Position numbers and translations under genes: made by a program | Shown here: positions 35,341 through 41,154 of the stretch, piece by piece | Numbering within the stretch: the stretch's first letter is position 1 | How the letters are laid out: the number at the start of each line of letters is the position of its first letter | Assembly: GCA_026398385.1 (NCBI GenBank) | Contig: JAPLSZ010000263.1 | Span: 1 to 41,154 of the forward strand | Source of the DNA: Kiritimatiellota bacterium | Lineage (GTDB): Bacteria > Verrucomicrobiota > Kiritimatiellia > CAIQIC01 | Direction: 5' to 3' | Length of the DNA: 41,154 bases | Notes under the pieces: model-generated | Told to the model about the DNA's origin: nothing | Seen by the model: the letters and a program-made list of their open reading frames with translations, nothing else | Database searches by the model: none

Positions 35341-37389
35341 CTAGGGTTTTGCGGCGGGCGAAGCCTTTGGGGGCGGCTCGGCTTTGGGCGGCGGGGGCGG
35401 GGGTACGTACACCAGGGCGCATAGTTTCTGGGCAGGGACGAGATGCCGCCAGAGGAACGCCTGCATGCGGTCTTCCGCCGGCACGGCCGTACGCAGGATC
35501 GCGCAACCGTTGTTCGTCGCACAGCCGATCACGGTCAGGCTGACGGGTTCCGGCGTCTCACCCAGACTTGTTTTTACCGTGATCCGCGCCATGGTTTGGG
35601 TGCCGGTCAGCACGCCGCCTTTGCTCTCGAAGCCGCTCGTCGCCGGTTCCACCCTGAGATGGATCGCGTTGGTAAAGCCATCCAGCCGGTTGACGTAAAC
35701 ATTGATGTTGGCGGTTGAGTTGCTGCGCAGGGTCATGCTGGAAGGCACGACGCGCAGTACAAAATCGGGCTGCGGCGCGCTGAGGCGCAGGCGGTAGGCA
35801 TAAGCCTCGCCGCCCTGATGTTGGGTGTCACGCAGGTACAGGTAGTAGCTGCCGCTCCTGGACAGCCTGGCCCGGAGGTAGGAGTCCGCGTGATGCGTGG
35901 TCAATCCCGCGCCCGGATCCTCATGATCGTCGTTGAACGCCAGGCAGGTGCCGGTGGCATCGGTCAGTTTGAGGAAGGAATCCAGCGGGGAATCGAGCCG
36001 GCGCGCATACACCTCCGCGACCACCTCGTCGCCAACCCGCCCCTCGAACCGGAACACGTCCTGATCGCCCGGCCGATCCAGGCGCCCGTTCACGATGACG
36101 GGCAGCGTCACGCGCTGCGCGCCGGCGGGCGTGTCATTCGGCTCCCGCTCCAGGCCTTCCGGCAGCGTGTCCAGGGCATAGGGCACGGGGTTGGAAACAA
36201 ACCCAGCCTTGCCGCGCGCGGTGAGCGGATACACGCCCGGCGCGAGGTCATGGGTTGCGGGCGTCACCCGGGTTTCCGTCAGGTTCCAGCCTTGCACGGC
36301 CACGCTCACGGGCGCGTCCACGCGTCCGCCCAGCGGAAAACGGCTGGTGATAAACGGCAGTTCGCCGACGGTGAGCCGGTAAACGAAATCCTCGCGGCCG
36401 CGGAAGATCGCATCGTGAATCGCGAGCAGGTAGTCGCCATCCGCCGGCGCCTCGAACAGGATGACCGGATCGGGCTTGAACCGGTAGTCGTCGTTGTAGG
36501 CCACCTCCCGGCCCTGGGCGTCGCACAGCAGCAGGACGGCCTGGAACCAGCCCGGGACGGCATCGGCCATGTACGGAATCAGGTCCCGCGCCTGGACGCT
36601 GATCACCAGGCGCTGCCCCTGGCGCGCCGCAAAACGAAACCGGTCCACGGCGCCGGGTGTGATCTGGCCGTTCACGGTGCCGGGTGTCTGCAGGCGCAAC
36701 TCCTCGTTGTCAAAGGCGCTCTGCGCGCCGGGGCCGGCCATCATGGCCGACATCGCTGTCATGTCCGCGTCCGCCGTCGCGGTGGCGTCACGCCGCTTCC
36801 GGCGGAGGCTTTGCTCCTCCTTGCCGAGGGTGACCAGCGGGCTGATGGGCGCCGTGGGTGTGGAAATCTCGGGCACCTGGCCGACGATGAACACAAGCGG
36901 ATTCGAGAGCCCGCGCGGTGTGCCCAGCCGGATTTCCCGCCGGCCGGGCAGCGCATCGGGCGCGATGGTCACCCCGACGACGACCCGGTTGGCCATCGCC
37001 GGGGAGGCCGGCTGGCCCACGTACTCGCCCACAATCCGCTTGATGCGCGCGATCAACCGCGCGGTGTTCTCGTCCGGCGGCACGGCCGGCGGGGATTTCA
37101 GCTCCTTCAATTGCTCGTTCAGCAACTGCATTTCCTGGTTGGACAGCCGCTTGTTGTACTCCAGCACCCGGGCCTGCACGCCTGCGCCGGAGACGAGCGC
37201 CAGATGGACACCGTCCAGGTTCTGTCCGCCCAGCGTGACCTGGACGTGGGTCCCCTGCTGCCCACCGGCGGGGTAGACAAACCCGATATACGCCGGGGAC
37301 TGCGCCGGCGCCGGCGGCACGAGCGCCAGCCAGGCGGTCAGGCCCAGCAGCGCCGCCTTCCGCAACCTATAGATTGATCCCGCGTTCAT
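35341..37389 (-). CDS. secreted protein with pre-peptidase C-terminal (PPC) type domains
   Basis: The signal peptide is LLGLTAWLALVPPAPAQ. The PPC-like stretch is EREPNDTPAGAQRVTLPVIVNGRLDRPGDQDVFRFEGRVGDEVVAEVYARRLDSPLDSFLKLTD, with a second similar unit (ITPGAVDRFRFAARQGQRLVISVQARDL). It is co-directional with the DUF1501 and DUF1553 genes. Confidence 0.7.
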   Translation of the reverse strand: MNAGSIYRLRKAALLGLTAWLALVPPAPAQSPAYIGFVYPAGGQQGTHVQVTLGGQNLDGVHLALVSGAGVQARVLEYNKRLSNQEMQLLNEQLKELKSPPAVPPDENTARLIARIKRIVGEYVGQPASPAMANRVVVGVTIAPDALPGRREIRLGTPRGLSNPLVFIVGQVPEISTPTAPISPLVTLGKEEQSLRRKRRDATATADADMTAMSAMMAGPGAQSAFDNEELRLQTPGTVNGQITPGAVDRFRFAARQGQRLVISVQARDLIPYMADAVPGWFQAVLLLCDAQGREVAYNDDYRFKPDPVILFEAPADGDYLLAIHDAIFRGREDFVYRLTVGELPFITSRFPLGGRVDAPVSVAVQGWNLTETRVTPATHDLAPGVYPLTARGKAGFVSNPVPYALDTLPEGLEREPNDTPAGAQRVTLPVIVNGRLDRPGDQDVFRFEGRVGDEVVAEVYARRLDSPLDSFLKLTDATGTCLAFNDDHEDPGAGLTTHHADSYLRARLSRSGSYYLYLRDTQHQGGEAYAYRLRLSAPQPDFVLRVVPSSMTLRSNSTANINVYVNRLDGFTNAIHLRVEPATSGFESKGGVLTGTQTMARITVKTSLGETPEPVSLTVIGCATNNGCAILRTAVPAEDRMQAFLWRHLVPAQKLCALVYVPPPPPPKAEPPPKASPAAKP

Positions 37390-37441
37390 GACATCACTGC
37401 CAGCTTTATCCGTATTCGGTGTTCTGACTTCTGTCCACTCG

Positions 37442-38851
37442 TCACATGATCTCCTTCAGGCGGCCGGCCGACTTGGCGCCGGCTTCGCCGGGGGCCAGCA
37501 CGTGCGCGTCCAAGCCCATGGGGTGGGGCAGCTTGGCGTTGGCATCAATGCCGGCCAGCTCATAGATGCTGCCGAGGAGATCAATCGGATAAACCGGCCG
37601 CTCCTTGACCTCTTCGCCCTTCGCGTCCGTGGCGCCCACCACCCGGCCGCCCTTGAAACCGCCGCCGGCGACAAGGACGGAGAACACGTTGCCGTAATGA
37701 TTGCGGCCGCCGTTCCAGGGCGGCTGCCAGTCCACCTTCGGCGTCCGGCCGAACTCACCGCAACACCAGACGATGGTGCTGTCCAATAAGCCGCGCTCGG
37801 ATAAATCCTGCAATAACCCCGCCAGCCCCTGATCCAATTGCGGGCCTTGCCGCTGCATGGTCGCAAAGTGATTGGAGTGTGTATCCCAGCCGCCGGGGTA
37901 GTTGATGGTGACGTACGGCACGCCGGCTTCGACCAGCCGCCGCGCCGCCAGGCATTCCTGCCCGAACGTGTGCCGGCCGTAGCGATCCCGGAGGGCCGGC
38001 GTCTCCTTGGAGATGTCGAACACCTCCCGCCCCTTGCCCAGGATCAGATCATAGGCCTGCTGCTCCGCAGCCGCCGCCAGGGCCAACTGCGGGTTGTCCG
38101 GCAGGGCGCTGCCGAAGGTGTTCAGCTTGTGGAGCAAGTCGCGCCGGGCCGTCTGGCGCGCGTCGGTAATGCCCCGGGCAATGACCCCCTCCACTTCGAA
38201 GCGGCTGGCGTTCGGATCGCCGCCGGTGGCAAAGGGCTTGTACTTCGAACCCAGGAAGCCCGCCTCGGAAAACCGGCCCTGCGGCTGGGTCAGCACCACG
38301 TACGGCGGGATCAGTCCCTGGTAGCCGACGCTGTATCCCTTCAGCAGCGCGAAGACGGCGCCGATGCTCGGATAGGCCAGCCGCTCGCCGGGCAGGTGCC
38401 CGGTCTGCATCAGGTAGGCCGCCGTTTCATGACCATTGTTGCGATGGGTCATGCTGCGGATGAGGGAGAATTTATCGGCCTGTTTCGCCAGCCCGGGAAA
38501 CAGTTCGCCCAGTTGGATGCCGGTGACGTTGGTGGGGATGGCGTTCTTTAACGAGCCCGTGTAATCGTAGCCCGCGTCCGGCTTGGGGTCCCAAGTGTCC
38601 GTGTGCGACATGCCGCCCCATAAAAAGACTTGGATGACGGCCCTGGCTTTGGCCGGTCCGGGTTGGCCGGCCGGCGGAGCTTCGTCGGCCCGGGCAGCGT
38701 CGCCCAACCGCTCGGCCAGCAGCAGGCCGGCGGCGCCAAGAAAACCGCGGCGCAGCGCCTCGCGCCGCGAGACGGCTGGACCGCACCATCCGGTGGAGGA
38801 CGTATCCAGCCACTGCCGATTGTCGCTGCGTTTCGTTTTCATGACTTTCAA
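37442..38851 (-). CDS. DUF1501 domain protein (sulfatase-like fold), Tat signal
   Basis: Tat motif SRREALRRGFLGAAGLLLA, plus VFLWGGMSHTDTWDPKP, INYPGGWDTHSNHF and CCGEFGRTPKV, typical of DUF1501. Confidence 0.9.
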   Translation of the reverse strand: MKVMKTKRSDNRQWLDTSSTGWCGPAVSRREALRRGFLGAAGLLLAERLGDAARADEAPPAGQPGPAKARAVIQVFLWGGMSHTDTWDPKPDAGYDYTGSLKNAIPTNVTGIQLGELFPGLAKQADKFSLIRSMTHRNNGHETAAYLMQTGHLPGERLAYPSIGAVFALLKGYSVGYQGLIPPYVVLTQPQGRFSEAGFLGSKYKPFATGGDPNASRFEVEGVIARGITDARQTARRDLLHKLNTFGSALPDNPQLALAAAAEQQAYDLILGKGREVFDISKETPALRDRYGRHTFGQECLAARRLVEAGVPYVTINYPGGWDTHSNHFATMQRQGPQLDQGLAGLLQDLSERGLLDSTIVWCCGEFGRTPKVDWQPPWNGGRNHYGNVFSVLVAGGGFKGGRVVGATDAKGEEVKERPVYPIDLLGSIYELAGIDANAKLPHPMGLDAHVLAPGEAGAKSAGRLKEIM

Positions 38852-38904
38852 CTCCTGCCCGGCGCGCTGCGCGTCTCGTTAAGCTACACGACTTTGCCCC
38901 GCTT

Positions 38905-38938
38905 TTTTGGAGTGCGGCGGCTCGACGCCGCTTTTCTT
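38905..38938. repeat. REP-like GC hairpin element in the DUF1553/DUF1501 intergenic spacer
   Basis: TTTTGGAGT GCGGCG gctcga CGCCGC TTTTCTT: a 6-bp GC stem (38914-38919 with 38926-38931), a 6-nt loop and T-rich flanks. It sits in a 175-nt spacer between two co-directional minus-strand genes. Confidence 0.4.
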
Positions 38939-39026
38939 CGGCGCGACCTGACACGCCGCTTCGTATTGCGGCCCGTCAAGCCGGTCCGCACAAAAGCGCG
39001 GTCAAGATCATTCCAAAACGTCTTCT

Positions 39027-40751
39027 TTAATGTCTATACAGAAATTCATCGCTGTTAATCAACGCCCAGGACAAATCGGTCCACACCTCCCAGCTCTTCA
39101 CCACGCCCGATTTGGTATACGCCTCGATGGTCTGGACCTCTGCGGCCGTTGGCAAGCGCGCGAGGATGGTCAGGTAGAGCTCCTCGATGACGGCTTGCGG
39201 CTGGGGCCGGGTCTTGAGCAGCTCCTTGAGGCGTCGGTTGCCCTCCAGTTTGCGCTGGATATGGCTCGAATTCAACAGGTGCATCCATTGGGCGGGGACC
39301 GGACGGTTGACGCGTTCGTTTTCCATGCCGGTGGCGCGCGCCGGCCGGCCGAACAGTTCCAGGAAGGGACTGGTGATGCTGCCATCCGGCAGGGCAATGG
39401 CGGGTTTATTCTCGGGGATAAAGGTGAAGGGCTCGGGAATGGCGCTGGTGTACAGGTCCGAGGCGCCGGTGACCTTGTTGATCGCATCAATCAGCACCTC
39501 CGCCTCCAACCGGCGCAGCGGATAAAACGCAAACAGGGCCGCGCCTGACGGCGCCTGGGGTTTGGGATTGCGGGCGGTCACCTGATACGTGCGGGAAGTC
39601 AGAATCAAGCGGTAGATGTGCTTCAGGTCGTAACGGCTGGCGACGAGCTCCTGCTGCAAATAGGCCAGGAGCTCCGGATTGCTTGGCGGGTTGTCCGGCC
39701 GGATGTCGTCCGGCTCGTGAACGATGCCGCGCCCCAACAGCCAGGACCAGATGCGATTGACAATGTTGGCTGTAAACCAGGGGTTCCGGGGTGTAATCAG
39801 CCAGTCGGCGAAGACCTCCCGCGGATCGCGACCGGGGGGCAATCGTTTGAGCCTGGCCCCATCGGGGAAGGCTGCGGCGTGCCGCGCGGGCGGCGCGGGC
39901 GCTGCGGCCGAAGCGGCCGGCCGGACCGCGCTGTTCGTAGCCGCCGGCAGGGGGGCGTTGCTGCCCGCCGGCGCGAGCTCCTTGTCGGGATCCCAGAAAA
40001 CGATCTCCTCCTTCCATTCGCGGGTGGGCTTGTAGCTGAGCTGTTCAAAAAAGGACGCCATGCCCGACAATGTATTGGTCGGCCAGAGCTCGGCCCGGGA
40101 ACCCATGAACGTCAGGGCCACGGCGGTGGCAATGCCTTCCGGCGTCCGGTTCTGCAGGGCGCGATAGAAGTTGACCGGCCCGACGCGGAAGTTGCTGCCG
40201 TTCGACGTGAGCAGCGCGCGGACAAACTGGTCGTACGGTTGGTTGTCCCGGAGGGCGGTCCGCACCCAGTGGTGATAAGCCTGCGCGGCATTGGGCCACA
40301 GATTGACGGGGAACTCGGCCTTAATGCGCAGCAGGTCACCCCATTTCATCGCCCAATAATCGGCGAACTCCGGGCGGTCCAGCAAACGATCCACCAGCGC
40401 CTGGCGCTTGTGGGGGGCTTGGTCCTGCAGGAACGCGCGCGTCTCTTCCGCGGTGGGCAGGGTGCCGATCACATCCAGAAAAGCGCGGCGGACAAACACC
40501 GCATCGGAGCAGCAGGCCGGTTGGATGCCCAGCTTGGCCAGCCGGCGGCCGACGATTTTATCGAGCGGGCTAACCGGTGTCGTGCAGGCGGTGCTTTCGA
40601 AGATGTTGGCGGCCGGTTCCGCCGCCGCGCCGTCGCCCAGGGCCGCCCGGGAAACGGTCAACACCAGCCAGAGCGCGGTGGCCGGCCGGACAAACGCGCG
40701 GGGTACGCCCGTCGCTCCCGACCTGGCGGCTGGCCGAAGAAGCGTCAACAT
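39027..40751 (-). CDS. DUF1549 (PSCyt2) + DUF1553 (PSD1) domain protein
   Basis: The start is taken at the ATG at 40751 (MLTLLRPAARSG..., signal-like), because the 669-aa ORF in the track would overlap infA. The DUF1549 stretch is FVRRAFLDVIGTLPTAEETRAFLQD...LVDRLLDRPEFADYWAMKWGDLLR. The DUF1553 end is WTDLSWALINSDEFLYRH. Confidence 0.88.
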   Translation of the reverse strand: MLTLLRPAARSGATGVPRAFVRPATALWLVLTVSRAALGDGAAAEPAANIFESTACTTPVSPLDKIVGRRLAKLGIQPACCSDAVFVRRAFLDVIGTLPTAEETRAFLQDQAPHKRQALVDRLLDRPEFADYWAMKWGDLLRIKAEFPVNLWPNAAQAYHHWVRTALRDNQPYDQFVRALLTSNGSNFRVGPVNFYRALQNRTPEGIATAVALTFMGSRAELWPTNTLSGMASFFEQLSYKPTREWKEEIVFWDPDKELAPAGSNAPLPAATNSAVRPAASAAAPAPPARHAAAFPDGARLKRLPPGRDPREVFADWLITPRNPWFTANIVNRIWSWLLGRGIVHEPDDIRPDNPPSNPELLAYLQQELVASRYDLKHIYRLILTSRTYQVTARNPKPQAPSGAALFAFYPLRRLEAEVLIDAINKVTGASDLYTSAIPEPFTFIPENKPAIALPDGSITSPFLELFGRPARATGMENERVNRPVPAQWMHLLNSSHIQRKLEGNRRLKELLKTRPQPQAVIEELYLTILARLPTAAEVQTIEAYTKSGVVKSWEVWTDLSWALINSDEFLYRH

Positions 40752-40825
40752 GCCAAAACGATGTCGTAAAGCAGTCGTAAAAGCAAGGCTGGGGAAAAAG
40801 AGGACGGCGAAGAACAAATATAACC

Positions 40826-40854
40826 TTGTCAGCCGCAAGGGCTTTGTGTATTGT
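40826..40854 (+). promoter_or_regulatory. candidate sigma70-type promoter for infA
   Basis: TTGTCA (40826-40831), a 17-nt spacer, then TATTGT (40849-40854), 30 nt upstream of the infA ATG. GGGAAGAG lies just before the start. This is a pattern match only. Confidence 0.3.
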
Positions 40855-40884
40855 AGCTGTTGAATTTGATTTGCGGGAAGAGCC

Positions 40885-41112
40885 ATGGCGGGCGAAAAAG
40901 AAAATTTATTGGAAGTGGATGGCTTGGTGACCAAGGTGTTGCCGGCGACCATGTACCGGGTGAAACTGGCCACCGGGCATGAGGTCCTGGCGCATATTTC
41001 GGGGAAAATGCGGAAGCATTTCATCAAGATCACCACCGGTGATCGCGTGACGATGGAAATGTCGCCTTACGATCTGTCCCGCGGCCGCATCACCTTCCGG
41101 CACAAGATTTGA
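40885..41112 (+). CDS. infA: translation initiation factor IF-1
   Basis: The 75-aa product [66 protein letters not shown] is near-canonical IF-1 (S1-like OB fold). Confidence 0.95.
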   Translation: MAGEKENLLEVDGLVTKVLPATMYRVKLATGHEVLAHISGKMRKHFIKITTGDRVTMEMSPYDLSRGRITFRHKI

Positions 41113-41134
41113 TCTCGCACGAGCGGCCCTGCTA

Positions 41135-41154
41135 CCCCCCCCCCCCCCCCCCCC
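41135..41154. repeat. 20-nt poly(C) homopolymer at the very end of the window
   Basis: Read directly: 20 consecutive C from 41135 to the last base, starting 23 nt after the infA stop. Confidence 0.95.

Noticed and set aside
38914-38938. A GC hairpin followed by TTTTCTT looks like an intrinsic terminator on the plus strand.
   Set aside because: No plus-strand gene ends upstream of it. Both neighbours are transcribed on the minus strand, where the hairpin is followed by ACTCCAAAAAAG, with no U-tract. It is better treated as a REP-like element.
40752-41036. N-terminal extension of the DUF1549/DUF1553 ORF to 41036 (669 aa) as listed in the ORF track.
   Set aside because: The extension runs antisense through the well-supported infA gene and has no signal-peptide logic. 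The ATG at 40751 yields a plausible signal sequence and leaves a divergent promoter region.
1-41154. Scanned by eye for CRISPR arrays, rRNA and tRNA genes.
   Set aside because: No regularly spaced direct repeats of 25-40 nt, no rRNA-like conserved blocks and no cloverleaf-compatible segments were seen in the intergenic regions. Small ncRNAs cannot be excluded without covariance-model searches.

Overview
GC-rich bacterial chromosomal window. The gene content looks like the PVC superphylum, probably Verrucomicrobiota or Planctomycetota: DUF1549/DUF1553 + DUF1501 pair, PQQ-like beta-propeller, HEAT-repeat protein, LamG, and a Bat/MoxR-type operon. All calls rest on reading the supplied translations and the DNA by eye; no searches were run.

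Layout:
- (i) Left edge: the 3' part of a YcaO gene, overlapping by 20 nt a B12-type radical SAM gene with the RiPP C-methyltransferase signature. This is the tail of a RiPP-like cluster whose precursor would lie outside the window.
- (ii) 2927-17932: eight co-directional genes. In order they are tandem DUF4159, a hypothetical, DUF58, BatA-VWA, a VWA/amidotransferase-like membrane protein, a 1195-aa membrane-anchored coiled-coil/acidic protein, a PA14/PKD-like secreted protein, and an FHA-MoxR AAA+ fusion.
- (iii) A Tat-signal Gfo/Idh/MocA oxidoreductase and a HEAT-repeat protein.
- (iv) Minus strand, 21367-25234, the most interesting locus: a 940-aa fusion of an unknown Cys-rich N-domain, TfuA and YcaO. 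It is translationally coupled (ATGA) to a MoaD/ThiS-like carrier ending in GG, followed by a ThiF/MoeB E1-like enzyme. This looks like a self-contained thioamidation module with its own sulfur relay and no visible precursor gene.
- (v) That cassette is followed by a frameshifted, truncated tyrosine-recombinase relic, a PQQ-like propeller gene, and about 1 kb of IS relics and REP-like repeats.
- (vi) Housekeeping and envelope genes: gcvPA/gcvPB, an M48 lipoprotein peptidase, small secreted proteins, an SGNH hydrolase and LamG.
- (vii) Minus strand: PPC-domain protein, DUF1501 and DUF1549/DUF1553, divergent from infA.

The window ends in a 20-nt poly(C) run, probably an artefact. No rRNA, tRNA or CRISPR array was recognised.
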